Below are positions 9,165 to 21,286 of a stretch of 64,000 bases of DNA, one piece after another. Both the position numbers and the translations under genes were made by a program. The number at the start of each line of letters is the position of its first letter. Position 1 is the stretch's first letter. Source of the stretch: a virus; IMG/VR virus record IMGVR_UViG_3300028558_000024, positions 1-64,000 of that record; one strand, written 5' to 3'. The notes beneath the pieces are model-generated. The model had not been told where the DNA came from. It saw only the letters and a list, made by a program, of their open reading frames with translations, and searched no databases.

Positions 9165-10031
9165 ATGTCCGCACAATCACAAAGGGAAGCAATTTTTACA
9201 ACTCGCGTCGGGAAGCTCATTGAGTCTCTTAACGAATGTCTTTGCAGTCCTGGACTTGCCTGCGCATATGCCAAAGGATTTAAAGACGAATGTGAAGCAG
9301 CGGCAAAGCATTATAAGGATCTCGGATGGGATGCGAGCGCCCAGGTCTATAGAGGAATGCAAATCCCTTGCAGCGAAGAGACATGGGAAGTTTCCGTATC
9401 TTATAGAGAGGCGAAATAATGTATCACCAAATTGCCAAAAACCTCATAACAACTGCATTAAGACATGCAGGACCATTGATGATCACCGACAGAGAAGCAA
9501 TGGACGAATTGAAAGAAGCCCGAAAAGAAGCATGGGAGCAAATCAAGTTGATGCTGATTTGGGGGCTTTAATTCGAAGCTGGCGCAATAAAGTAAAACCC
9601 GATGATTCGATTGAACTTTGTGTTACTGCAAAGGGTTGGCTTCTTGAAGTTTGGTCGGTCCCGGAATGTGAAATCCATGACGGGCTTGGGAAACGTTTTG
9701 AAACTCCAGAAGAAGCCATCGCGAGGCTGAATGAGTGATATTTGATCCCCATGCCTTTGTTGCCGCAGCGGTCCAATTCCGCGAACAAGAGGAATTGTAC
9801 GAATCCTATGGATTGGAAATCCTCCGCGACATGATCTCCTTTACATTGGACGAATTTGAAATTAATACGACGGTTAGATTCGAGATGAAAGAAGGCATTT
9901 GGGCCGAAAGGACTTACAAATTGCGGACGCCATATAGGGAATTGAAACATCAAGTCGAAAGCGATCAGAAATACCTGAAGAAGGCGTTCAATACGGTAAA
10001 AGCAATGATTAAAACAGGGGTAAAAATCTAA
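9165..10031 (+). CDS. cluster of small hypothetical ORFs (9165-9419, 9419-9571, 9532-9738, 9735-10031)
   Basis: Overlapping start/stop codons; no recognisable motifs. Confidence 0.5.
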
Positions 10032-10034
10032 GTA

Positions 10035-10598
10035 ATGACAGCATACGATGGCTATGTTTTCGTCGACACCGAGACGGGCGGGTTAGATCCTCTAAAACAC
10101 CCAATTCTTGAAATTGCCGCCATAAGAACTGATTTGGATTTCCGCATAAGAGAATACTGGCGCAGCTATATAAAACCTCATTCAACACTGCTTTGCACTC
10201 CGGAAGCTTTAGAAATCACCGGCATCAACCTGGACGACCTAGCAAACGAACCAAACGAGGCGGATGTTGCCGATACTTTTAAACAATTCTTGTCCGGTCG
10301 GGGCAATTTGAGATTTGCCGGCTTCAACTGCAAATATGATTTGGGAATGTTGGAGGCGATGAAAGAACGCGCCGGAATTGAGATGTGGGGTTTTTATACG
10401 CCGTGGCTTTGCTTGCTTGAAGAAGCTCGAGAAAAATTGCCGAATTTGCCGAAGGTTTGGAATGAAAGGTGGAAGAAAAATCAGACTCATACGCTTGAAT
10501 TGGTTTGCAAACACCTCGGCATTGATATAAGCGGAGCCCATGGCGCGGCGTTTGACATTTATGCGACGGTCCAGGTGGCGAGGAAATTGATGAGATGA
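10035..10598 (+). CDS. DEDDh 3'-5' exonuclease (DnaQ-like)
   Basis: FVDTETGG (ExoI), GFNCKYD (ExoII), AHGAAFD (ExoIII). Confidence 0.9.
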   Translation: MTAYDGYVFVDTETGGLDPLKHPILEIAAIRTDLDFRIREYWRSYIKPHSTLLCTPEALEITGINLDDLANEPNEADVADTFKQFLSGRGNLRFAGFNCKYDLGMLEAMKERAGIEMWGFYTPWLCLLEEAREKLPNLPKVWNERWKKNQTHTLELVCKHLGIDISGAHGAAFDIYATVQVARKLMR

Positions 10599-10728
10599 AC
10601 GAACAGGATCGCGCATACGATGCATTGGTAAATGGTCGAGCATTGTCTTGGCTCATGGAAAATTGCGCTCCTTGTGACGACGCCGATTGCGAAGAATGCA
10701 AAACAGTAAAAGAAGAAAAGGAAGAAGA

Positions 10729-12238
10729 ATGACATCACTAAACACCCGCGGCCCAGCAATCCGAATCGCGAAACTAAACAAGCAAATCAAGGAGTTGAGG
10801 AAGGCGTTGGAGTTTTATGCGGCGGAAGAAACTTATACAACCCCAATAAATGCATTCTTCAATGATCCGACGTTGCTGCTTGGTCCGATCAAAAGCGACA
10901 AAGGCAAAATCGCACGGGAGGCATTGAAGTGATGGCGGAATTTATACTCGGACTCGGGATTGGTTCAATCATAAGCGTCTTAGTGACTCATTTATTTAGC
11001 TGGGCTGTAGAGGACGCAGCAGAAAAGAAGATCAAGAGAATACAAGACGTCCGAGAAAGACGTGAATTAGAGTGGGAGTTGGAGCGAAATGACAAATCAA
11101 CAAACAACAATTGAATACCCAGTTAAAGCCAAGAAAGGTTTTGGAAATTGGTGGATTGTAGTCGACAGAAACGACAAAACCATTGTAAAAGCCAAGTGCG
11201 AAGGGGAAGCCGAGGATATTGCGGAGCAGATGAATGCGCAGAAGGAGAGTGAGGGCAAATGACACACAAGTATAAAGAAGGCTTTTGCCTAATGCAGTAC
11301 GAATCGGCAGACGGACAAACCAGAGAAACCATATGGAATAGTCGCAATGGTGTAACGCCTTTTGCGGTGGTTTCAATAGATGGCGTACATATGCAGCATG
11401 TCGATTGGCATGAGGACAAGTTTGCGCCTTATCACGTTCCGTCCGTAGGTTCGCGAATCTTCGTTGATTTGACACCCGAGAACGCGCATCAACAAGCAGT
11501 GGCGTATGTCGAAAAATATTGGGACTGGGACGGTGGCGCCAAAATGAAAGATCACTATTCCGACAAAGAAACAGCGATTCAGGGGTTTGTCGAGATATGG
11601 ACCGCCGATAAGGGCAGCCCGACAATTATTGAAGTGACTGAAGAATTGCACGAATTTTATAAAACCAACAAACGCGACATCCCGCAAGGAATGATCAAGG
11701 TGAGGTTTGCTTGAGTAGCGAACACCACTTCAAACTTCTCCGAATCCCGCGACTATCCGAGCGCAGAATGTCGGAGATTCTCAGGGCCATTCTTTGCACA
11801 GGCTCAACAATAACCGCGACTCAAATTGGCGATAAGCAATTTATGAGGCTTAAGCCTGATTGGACTTGGGCTGAGATGATCGTCAAAATCCCTCGCAAAT
11901 CAAAATATGAGAATGACTTGGTTTATCCGACGAATGTTTCATGGTTTGAAAAGATCAAAGGCGTTGAGGTTTTGGAGCCGCCAGGACCGTTGCACATAAA
12001 CGAAGCACGATTTGCGGATAAGGTGTTTGAGAAGGGGTTTGAGCAATCCAAAGAAAAGCTTTTGGAGAAAATCAAAGACGCCAAAACGATTGGGATTTCG
12101 CCTGAGAAAGAAAAGGAAATCTTGGCAGTTATTAAGGAAGCCCAAGCCGTAACAAAACAAATGAAAGAAGCGAGAAAAATAAAACCGGAAAGTCTATTCA
12201 CCGTATATGGTGACGAGGCAAAGGAGTCGGGGTTGTGA
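10729..12238 (+). CDS. cluster of hypothetical ORFs (10729-10932, 10929-11114 single TM, 11259-11714, 11711-12238)
   Basis: Coupled ORFs; no confident family. Confidence 0.5.
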
Positions 12239-12981
12239 GAGCACTGGAATACAAAGAGATAAAGTTTGGTGAGCTGCGAATTTACCCAGAAAAGCCCGAA
12301 CGCATCGAAACTCACCACATCATCAACATGCTTGAAGCGCGCTATAACCCATTAGACCGGCGCGGCGAATGGGCTGGATTTGCTGAAGTTTCTGACGGAA
12401 CCGGCGGCAAGAAAACAGGTGGCATAGACTTTTGGGCGATTAATTGCTGGTCCGGCAATACCCGATTTGCATATGAAATCAAAGTCAGTCGCGCCGATTT
12501 CTTGAAAGAGATGAAGTCGCCGGCAAAACGTAGAAAAGCGCTTCTAATCAGCAATCACTATTTTTTCATTGCACCAAAAGGAATGCTCAAAACAGAAGAG
12601 ATCCCGCCCGAATGCGGATTGAAAGAAGTTGAATGGGTTTCAAATGAATCCGAGGTCAACGACGCCATTAGACGAAACAAAGACCGAGACGAACGCGGCT
12701 GGGTCGGACATGTCACGGTGCCTGAACTCGGCTTGTATTTAAAGTCAACTCTCAAGCTTGATTCGCCCTATCGTGACTCAATACCGCCTTCATGGAATTT
12801 CGTGGCCAGTTTATTCCGGCGCATGACTGAGATGGAGCGAACAAGACAAGAAAAACTATTGGAGATAGAAAATGCCAAAAACCAAGAGCAAACCAACTTC
12901 AGTCCTGAACTACGATCCGAATCTGCGTTGGAATACCCAAACGGTCAAGATAACGCTCGGAACTTGGGATTACAGAGCTGA
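12235..12981 (+). CDS. MmcB-like PD-(D/E)xK nuclease-family protein
   Basis: IDFWAI...AYEIKVSRADFLKE...FFIAPKG...EIPPECGL. Confidence 0.7.
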   Translation: MRALEYKEIKFGELRIYPEKPERIETHHIINMLEARYNPLDRRGEWAGFAEVSDGTGGKKTGGIDFWAINCWSGNTRFAYEIKVSRADFLKEMKSPAKRRKALLISNHYFFIAPKGMLKTEEIPPECGLKEVEWVSNESEVNDAIRRNKDRDERGWVGHVTVPELGLYLKSTLKLDSPYRDSIPPSWNFVASLFRRMTEMERTRQEKLLEIENAKNQEQTNFSPELRSESALEYPNGQDNARNLGLQS

Positions 12982-15900
12982 GCGAGCGGTCCAGGTTGGC
13001 GGCAATTGCTTTGGATTCTCAGTTCTTGAAGCGGCTTTTGAATCACTTTTCGAACAAATTCGCGAAGAAAACTCGGTTCCCGATGATTGCGAGAATGATG
13101 AAATCTGCGAAGAAAATGACTTTTCAATTCTAATGCACAGAGAGCACGACGGCGCCGATCTACTCTGTGAACCCGATCAAGACGATTGCGAGGAATGGCT
13201 AAAGCAGCTTGTTATCGCGATGGAAATTGTTGACATTCAGAAGGATAAACCATGAGCTATGACGACATCGAAAGACGCGAAGAAGTGCTTGAAAAGTATT
13301 CGAAAAACATGGAGGGGCATCAATTCACCTATGTTCAGCATGACAATGCAACATTGACTCAGGTTTGCACACAATGCTGGGCGGTTAAAGGAACTCACTC
13401 GGCTTGGGCGATGTGCTCAAAGAAGAATGTTTGGCCCGAACTTCGATACAAAGCAGCGCTTAGAGAACTTGAGGGGCTGAGGGCGAAGCGATCAGAAATC
13501 AATGCCGAGATTCACGAAAAGCTAATGGAAATCGACCAACACAAACGGGAAATGGAGGCGTTGAAAGTTGAAGAGTAAGAAACCAGAATGGAAAACAAAA
13601 ACAACCATCAATAACGCTATGGCTCGCAATGAAGAGACTCGGCAGCACTTGAAGGCTGAGTTGTGGAAAGTGATTGAAGAAAAGACCCGTGATACGGACG
13701 CGGAAACAATGAACGACCTTTCTGATGCGTTGGCATGGCGTGTTATGAGCTATTTCGGCTATATGTAAGGAGAGAAAAAATGACACTACAACTCAACCCA
13801 GCTAAAGAAAACATCCCCCTGTCTGCTAGAGAAACTTTGGAATTTCTTGAAAAACAGGGGTTTAAAGTTGAGCTTGAATATTGCAGGGAAAGCGCATACA
13901 GCGCAACAATCAAAGACAAAAACGGAGCTTGTCTTGCAACAGCCGGCGGGGCAAAAATTGGGAAAGCAATCTCGTCGGCTTACGGATCGTTTGTGAGAAC
14001 TGCAGCTTATCAGGCGAATTGGGCCGGTCCACAAAAAGGGAAGGTGATTGGGTGATTTCTTGCCATTTGATTGTTGGCGATTATAGGCTTTCGGGTAATA
14101 TCGAAAATGATACTGAATGCTCCGTGAACATTTTTGATTTTGAGACTTATCCTATGTCGGCAGCAGTGGCGGCAGTTTGCTGCGAGAAATTCAACAAGAT
14201 AATTGATGAAGGGCCCGAGCGTGAGATCTCTCTTTTCTTTCCCAGGAAAAGACAAAAGCAGACCTTTCATGGAAGGCTATTGATAGCTTGTTTGCCGGAT
14301 GCAAAAAGCCACCAAGGCGATCAAAAATTGCGTGTTAGGTTTCGGGTCGACAAATTTATCGCGCATACGGTTTGAGGTTGAGATGTTCACGCAAGAAGAA
14401 ATCATTCTCCTTAACGGGCTGCTTTGTCATCCAAATCGCGGATGGCATCACGCGCACGAAATCATGTATGAGGTGCTGTGCTTGGAGAAAACAGACCACT
14501 ACCGAGCAATAGCCCGAGTGAAGATTGGCGCAATTACAAAAAAAGATCCGAATCTGATTGAAGCTAAGACTCAAGAAGGACCGTGGCGAGTAAACCGCAA
14601 ATATCTTCTTGATTCGTATTTGCAGCGGCCAGTGGCTAACGATAAACCAAAAACAGAGTCTAGTTATGTAGAACAACTTGAAGCGGCGGGGATGATATGA
14701 CCAACGAAGAAGAAAAAGCAATGAGAATGAACCAATACCGCCACTTCAAAACTGTTGAAGAGTTTGAGGATTTTGCATGGGGCGAATGGCACCGGTTGCG
14801 GTCTGTTCTGCTGAAACCAAAAGAAGAACTGTCGAACTGCGGGAAAAGATACTTGATGGCTCAACTGAATATGGTCGAGTATTTCCTTGGCGCTGATTCA
14901 AGCTGTGAGCAGTGGCCTTATGAAAAAATTGCCAAATCAATTCGGTGCGTGAAAGGTAGGAAGGTGTATTGATATGAATAACGACCTTCGAAAGAAACGA
15001 ATTGAAGAGATAAAAGGGCGACTAGATCGAGTTGAGTGCAATGCCGCAGTGAATGCTTTCCCTGTCGGTGACATGAAGTGGACAATCCAAGAATTACGGT
15101 GGCTGCTCGGCTTAACTGAACGCTTTGAAAAAATCCGTGAAACCTTCCGGCACATTCAAACAAATTGCGGCTCCGATCTTTGCAGCGGTCACGATGTTTG
15201 CTGCGAAGACTGCCCGGACGATAGGTTTACTGATGCGCTAGAGGAATATTTGCTTTACATGGAAGGGGCTGAAGGATGAGCTACTTATCGGAAATTGTCG
15301 TCATCTGCGACAACGGTCACGCTTACAATGACCTCAACAACGTCGAGCTTATTTATCAGTGGCTTCAACAGCAAGAACACTACGTTGAACACGTGAGTAT
15401 GCAGAAGAATGACGGAGATTTGGCGATTTCCTATTTCTTCGGAAGAATCAACAATCTCGACACTGATGCACTAATTGAGTACATCAAAAGCCTGCCGCGA
15501 TGGTCGGATCAGTTATCGGTGCTAGTCAATAAAGACGGCGGGCATGTTGAGCAAGTGATTGGGTACCACAAACGAAATGACTGAGAAGAAACAAATGAAC
15601 GAGTGTATTTGCACTGCAATGGACGGCAGAGGAAGAAGCCCTTGCGGCGTTCGATGCCCTGCACACCCATTAACGAAAATGTGTATTGACTGCAAAGAGA
15701 AGGAAATTAGCGACTCACCCGATAGGTGTTGGCCATGCCAATCAAAATGGAACGACGCAAACCGTCCGAAATCTTGCAAGCACATAAACAAGGCTTACGT
15801 CTCAATAATCGACTCGTTCCACGCTTTAGAAAGAATGGCGACAAGCCTTAATCCAGACCCGATCATCTCAAAACGAGTCAAGTTCGAAGTCGCACCTGGT

Positions 15901-16430
15901 CAAACTAAAGAAGAATACGATGAGCAAGCAAAGAAGCTCAGAGAGGTTTGGCATTGGGTAATTGAAAAAATGCATGTCGAGTACAAACATCACAATTGGT
16001 TTGAGGAATAATGGGAACGAATTATTACTTACTGAAAGACGTTTGCAAGCATTGCGGCCGTGGCGATGACAAAATCCACTTGGGAAAATGTTCTTCCGGC
16101 TGGGCGTTCACCTTTCGTGGCTACAGAGAAAACGATCCGAATAATGGAATTGATGGCGTGAAAGTCGAATGCATTGAAGACTGGCTCAACCTGATTAGAC
16201 ACACTCCGAATTCAAAGATCGTTGATGAATACGGCAGAGAAGAAAACCAAGAAGACTTCATAACATCGGCTGTATATCACGGCTTTAACTACGAAAAGCG
16301 AACTGGACGAAAGGCGCTTCAACACGCCGAATATTCTCACAACCAGAAAGACCCGATGTTTAGGCGCCATGCGCTAGAAACAGATGAAATGATCGGCGGT
16401 CACAGTTTTACTTTTGTGGAGTTCAGCTAA
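12872..16430 (+). CDS. run of small hypothetical ORFs (12872-13255, 13252-13578, 13568-13768, 13780-14055, 14052-14375, 14383-14700, 14697-14972, 14974-15279, 15276-15584, 15577-16011, 16011-16430)
   Basis: Consecutive coupled ORFs, several Cys-rich; 16011-16430 has the common phage MGTNYY...HLGK.S.GW.F motif. Confidence 0.55.
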
Positions 16431-16721
16431 TGCCTTGTAAATCAGTCTGTAAAACCTGCAATGGAATCGGACAGTTTATTTGCGAGTGCAACATTTGCAC
16501 GAATGAAATTTTTGCCGATGAAAAGACACCACATGACGGACCATGCACGGATTGCAAAGGAACGGGATACGAGAAAGAATGAGCATGTTTGACTACGCCT
16601 GCTCGGAATGCAAATTCTGCACATTCCACTGTAAATGTGATGAAACTGGTGAATGGATTAAATATCCAGATGAAGAACCTTGCCCCGATTGTGACGACGA
16701 AGCGGAGAAGCATTTGCACTA

Positions 16722-17276
16722 ATGGTTAGAGTCTCAGCCGGTCCCGATTCAAAACAGGACTACCAAACCGATCCGAAATTCATTGAAGCAGCCGAAGCCA
16801 GATTCGGGCCGATCAGCTTTGATTTGGCTGCGCATAGCTTCAACACTCAACACGAGAAATACTTTTGTGCCCCTGAGCTCCGGTTTGAAAATCCTCTCGC
16901 CTATGGCGTCGATGCCTTCGCACATGACTGGGGCGAACTCAGCCAAACCCTGAAAGCTGGCACTCTCATGTGGCTAAATTGCGAGTTCAACGACTGCGAC
17001 AGTTGGGCCTACAAGTGCCGACAATCAGCCCCATATCTAAAACACGGAGTAAGAATCGGACTACTGACCCCGGCGGCCGTCGGGGCAAAATGGTACATTG
17101 AAAATGTCCACCAAAGAGGCTACAACACCATTCTGGACGGCCGGTTGACCTTCGTCGGACAAGAACACCCATTCCCCAAAGACTGCCAATTCACAATTTA
17201 TTCACGCGACGACATGAAAGGCTATGAGATTTGGCCGTGGCGCGATGAGCTTTTAAAGCGGAAGCAATTGTGTTAG
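16722..17276 (+). CDS. phage N6-adenine DNA methyltransferase-like protein (phage Dam family) with an atypical catalytic motif
   Basis: DYQTDPKF...FGPISFDLAA...DAFAHDW...WLNCEF...LLTPA...GRLTF layout; the NPP(Y/F) position reads NCEF. Confidence 0.7.
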   Translation: MVRVSAGPDSKQDYQTDPKFIEAAEARFGPISFDLAAHSFNTQHEKYFCAPELRFENPLAYGVDAFAHDWGELSQTLKAGTLMWLNCEFNDCDSWAYKCRQSAPYLKHGVRIGLLTPAAVGAKWYIENVHQRGYNTILDGRLTFVGQEHPFPKDCQFTIYSRDDMKGYEIWPWRDELLKRKQLC

Positions 17277-17456
17277 AGAATAGACCTTAGTCAATATACA
17301 TGAGACTTTCGGCAGAAAGCATGGACAGAACACCGAGAACCGCATATATAGCGGGATACCGGACGAAAAACTTTTAGTAGCGCTTTTTTAAAAAGCCGTT
17401 TACGATCATAAAACTAAAAGATTAGCCGAATAACCCCCAAACTTTGTCCCGCGCCA

Positions 17457-19919
17457 ATGTCACGACGCGGAAGGAAACTTGTGTCGAAAGCTGCCGAGAT
17501 TGCCCTTTTCTATACACCTGATGCTGAGATAGATTCGGAAGGCAATTACAAAATCAACTGTCCCAACCCTGGACACCCCGACAATAATCCCAGCTGCATA
17601 GTAAAGGACCGCGACAACGGCGGTGTCGCTGTTTGGTGTTTCGTCTGCCGAGATTCCCCGGCCATTCTTGCTGGTATGAAAGCTGATGGAATTTATGGAG
17701 CGCCCAAAGACCAGGGTGCAACAAGAAGAAAGATGTCGCCAAATAATCCTGCACCTATAGCGGCTCCGGTGGCACAAAAGAAAAAGAAGGAAATAAAGTA
17801 TCGCGATGAACTTCCCCAAAACCACGAAGGCAGTTTTGAATATAAGCGGAAAGGCGAAATCGCCTATGTAAAACAGCGCTATACAATCAAGGGCGAGAGA
17901 GTCTTTGGTTATTGGACCTTCGACAAAGAGAAGAATCAGTGGAAAAACACCCGAGAAGGTGTCGAGCCTATTATTTGGCAAATCGACAAAATTGAAGAAG
18001 CTGCAGCCCAGCAAGAACCGATCTTCATAGTTGAAGGCGAAAAGGATGTTCTAACAATTGAAAGAATCTCCGAAGGTGTCTTGTTTGCAACAACAAGCGA
18101 CACGTCAAGTTTCTGGCCTGAACAGCACACTGAAGCCCTAAAGGGTGCATCTTGTGTTTACATCATTCCAGACAATGACAAAGCCGGTGAAAAACACCTA
18201 AATGTTGTCGGCGCAAAACTTGTTGAGGCTGGATTTGAGACGAAAGTCATTAGACTGCCTGGCGTCAAAGACAAGGGTGATATTACAGACTGGATAGAAG
18301 AGAACGGCAAAACCTTTGAAGATCTTGTCTATGCAATGGAGGCGGCGACGCCTTTTGAACTGCCGCAAGCGGTGGAAGAACCTCAATTGAACTTCGCGTC
18401 ACTAGAAACATCCGCTAAAGAAAAGCTACCACCAATAACTAAAGATGAACTCCGGGCGAAAAGAGAACAAAAACGAAACGGCGGACTAGATCTGCTGGAC
18501 CTCGGAGATTCGCCGGCGGGCGACATCGCAAACGGGAAAAGGCTAATTCGTTTTGCCGACGGGAATCTCAAATGGGCGACCGAGGGCATTTGGTGTCGAT
18601 ACCAAGACGGCATCTGGCGGCAAACTGATGACAGGCAGGTTGAAGTGAGTGGAATGGCTCAGCAAGTAATGCCGCTTATAACAAAGGAAGCCGAAGCCTT
18701 AGAAGGCATTGCCGATCATGCGCTGCAAAAAGAAATGGTGAAATGGGCCAAGGAATGCAACACGCATTTGGTTCGAGTTAAAGCCATGGTCGAAGCCGCG
18801 AAACCTCATGCTATGTGCTCGATTAAGGATTTCGACAATGAGAAACATATCGTCAACCTCAAAAATGTGCTGGTTGATCTAAGAACCGGAAAGGCGATGC
18901 CGCACGACAGAGCGCGGATGAATATGAAGCAGATCGGCATTAATTACAATCCGAATGCTGATTCTCCGGATTGGCGCGAATTCATTGAGCAAATTACCAA
19001 CGGTGATTATGAAAAAGCTGCTTTCATTCAAAAGATGGCCGGATATTCATTAACCGGCGAAACCAAAGAGCAAAAGGCGATATTTCTGCACGGGCCGGGC
19101 GGGAACGGTAAAGGCATCCTGGTCAATACCTTGCTTAAGGTCAATCAGGGGTACGGTACGATGGCGCGGAAAGAGATGTTTATGCAAACGCATTTGAAAG
19201 ACCATTCGGATAATGCGTCGGTACTGCTGGGCAAGCGATTCGTCTCCATTAGTGAAATTGAACAGAAAGACAGGATCAATCAAGGCTTCTTTAAAGACGT
19301 GACCGGAGGCGACAGGGTTCGTGGCCGGTTGATGCGCTGTGAATCGTTTGAGTATTTCCCTGAAGCGAAGTTATGGTTCTCGACCAACTTCCTGCCTGGA
19401 ATCGACGATTCTTCGGAATCGGTCTGGAGAAGAATTCTTGTTGTGAACCTTGATCAAATCTTCGACAATCCAGATGTAAATTTAGCCGATCGCCTATCCA
19501 CTCCCGAAAACCTTGAGGGTATTTTGAAATGGATAATTGATGGTGCGGGAGCCTGGTACAGAGAAGGTCTATGTCCGCCACGAATAATTATTGATGACAC
19601 CAAAGCATATAGAGGCGATCAAGATCGACTCGGTAATTATTTGGCTGAGTGTGTCGAATTCGGGCCTTATGAATGCACAACCAAGGATTTCTTTGAAGAT
19701 TGGTCCATTTACTGTAAGGCGGGTAATTTCCATCCCGGACAACTCATGCCTTTCGGCAAGAATTTAAAGAACCGCGTTTTGCGTGAGAAATTGGCAGTTG
19801 AGCCAAAAAAATGGACTAATGGGAATGGTTTCTCTGGGATGATTCCGACTCGAGTCAAAGAAAGAGAAGCCAGTGGGAACTATTTGGGCAAGCGCACAGA
19901 GAAAGAAGACGAAGATTAG
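17457..19919 (+). CDS. P4 alpha/D5-type primase-helicase (Zn finger, TOPRIM, D5_N, SF3 helicase, wHTH)
   Basis: CPNPGHPD...CFVC; IVEGEKD and PDND TOPRIM motifs; GPGGNGKG Walker A; TGGDRVRGR, STN, WRR. Confidence 0.92.
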   Translation: MSRRGRKLVSKAAEIALFYTPDAEIDSEGNYKINCPNPGHPDNNPSCIVKDRDNGGVAVWCFVCRDSPAILAGMKADGIYGAPKDQGATRRKMSPNNPAPIAAPVAQKKKKEIKYRDELPQNHEGSFEYKRKGEIAYVKQRYTIKGERVFGYWTFDKEKNQWKNTREGVEPIIWQIDKIEEAAAQQEPIFIVEGEKDVLTIERISEGVLFATTSDTSSFWPEQHTEALKGASCVYIIPDNDKAGEKHLNVVGAKLVEAGFETKVIRLPGVKDKGDITDWIEENGKTFEDLVYAMEAATPFELPQAVEEPQLNFASLETSAKEKLPPITKDELRAKREQKRNGGLDLLDLGDSPAGDIANGKRLIRFADGNLKWATEGIWCRYQDGIWRQTDDRQVEVSGMAQQVMPLITKEAEALEGIADHALQKEMVKWAKECNTHLVRVKAMVEAAKPHAMCSIKDFDNEKHIVNLKNVLVDLRTGKAMPHDRARMNMKQIGINYNPNADSPDWREFIEQITNGDYEKAAFIQKMAGYSLTGETKEQKAIFLHGPGGNGKGILVNTLLKVNQGYGTMARKEMFMQTHLKDHSDNASVLLGKRFVSISEIEQKDRINQGFFKDVTGGDRVRGRLMRCESFEYFPEAKLWFSTNFLPGIDDSSESVWRRILVVNLDQIFDNPDVNLADRLSTPENLEGILKWIIDGAGAWYREGLCPPRIIIDDTKAYRGDQDRLGNYLAECVEFGPYECTTKDFFEDWSIYCKAGNFHPGQLMPFGKNLKNRVLREKLAVEPKKWTNGNGFSGMIPTRVKEREASGNYLGKRTEKEDED

Positions 19920-19962
19920 TTTTGCCGCTTGAGTTGAATGAAATTACGCTGCTCTTAATTCC

Positions 19963-20511
19963 ATGAGAGCCGTAAAAATGTCATTTGATTACAAATCAGA
20001 CCCCCGCTTTGAAAAACTCGTCGGCTATGTGCTGAAAAGCGAAGGCGGATTTGTTAATGACCCGCACGACAAAGGCGGGCCAACCAAGTGCGGCATCGCT
20101 CTTAACTTCAACAATCTAATTTGCCGGCAATTCGGTATCGTCGACGCTAATACAATGCGCGACATAATGACGCCTGAAATTGCCAAGAAAATCTATTTCC
20201 ACAAATACTGGACATCAGTCGGCTGTGAAAGAATTGCGTCAGATCGGCTGGCATATATCCATTTTGATTGTGCCGTAAATTGTGGCGTTGGCGCTGCATC
20301 ATCGGTCCTGATTCATTTGACCAATGGAAACAAATTGCCTTATTTCGAGGCTGAAGGCAAAAACGCTGCATTGTGGGAACAAGCGTTCAAAGAATATGAC
20401 GAGGCCCGGCGAAGATATTACAATCGATGCCGCGACAAAGACCGCTACCTGAAAGGCTGGTTGAATCGGTTGGCATTTGTTGAGAAAGTTGCCAAAACGT
20501 TGCCGGATTAA
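19963..20511 (+). CDS. endolysin, glycosyl hydrolase family 108 with PG-binding domain
   Basis: EGGFVNDPHDKGGPTKCGI; FDCAVNCGV; KGWLNR. Confidence 0.9.
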   Translation: MRAVKMSFDYKSDPRFEKLVGYVLKSEGGFVNDPHDKGGPTKCGIALNFNNLICRQFGIVDANTMRDIMTPEIAKKIYFHKYWTSVGCERIASDRLAYIHFDCAVNCGVGAASSVLIHLTNGNKLPYFEAEGKNAALWEQAFKEYDEARRRYYNRCRDKDRYLKGWLNRLAFVEKVAKTLPD

Positions 20512-21282
20512 CCGGCAACCTGCAACATGGAAGCGGCGAAAGCTTCATGATCAAACTTAGGCTTAAGCGGGCTTAGTGTGCTGAGAGCAAATTCGACAAG
20601 TTCGTCTTCTGTCCACAAATACGGGCGAGACAAGGGGCTCAAAACAGATATTGCCTGCCTTGTAATGGCGGCGATTTGCTTCTTCTGTTCGGCTGAAAGT
20701 TCATTGTTCATCTAGCTATTCTACTACGACAACAAGGCCTGTAAATCCGACGCCAAAGACAACAAAGGCCCATCGACTGGACGACGATTTTTTAAAATGT
20801 GCCGCCGATTACGACGAATCTCACATCCAGTCGCATCAACAAGAGAAGTATTGCGGTTGGAAATTGAGTGAACGTACAAAACAGTTTCGGAATCGATTGA
20901 AATGCGATCCAGGAAACTATCGGCACAGCACGGACAAAGGCGTTTAACGAGAGTGCTCATATGCTGGTATTGTGCCCGGTGGCAGCCGGATTTAGTCGTC
21001 AAAAATGGGATCTGCCATTCTTGCCACAATTGTCAAAATCGGGCCTTGTTCATCAACAAACGGATAGATTCCGTAGATTTCATAACCTCGGTCTTCCATC
21101 TTGTTAAGGTCGGCTTTTAGCTGGTCACCGGGACGCGAATGATCGCAAGCCCAATACCACCGCTCTGTCTTGTAATAATCGGAGCCGTCAGTCGTTAATT
21201 CGAAAACGCCTTGCTTGGCCAATGGCAGTTCCGTCATAGCGCGGCGGCGAGAAAACAATGAATCGTAGTCTGTATCTGGCAT
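20508..21282 (-). CDS. three small - strand hypothetical ORFs (20508-20711, 20724-~20960, 20992-21282)
   Basis: Packed leftward operon converging on the endolysin; SD GGAAGG before 21282. Confidence 0.5.
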
Positions 21283-21286
21283 AGCC

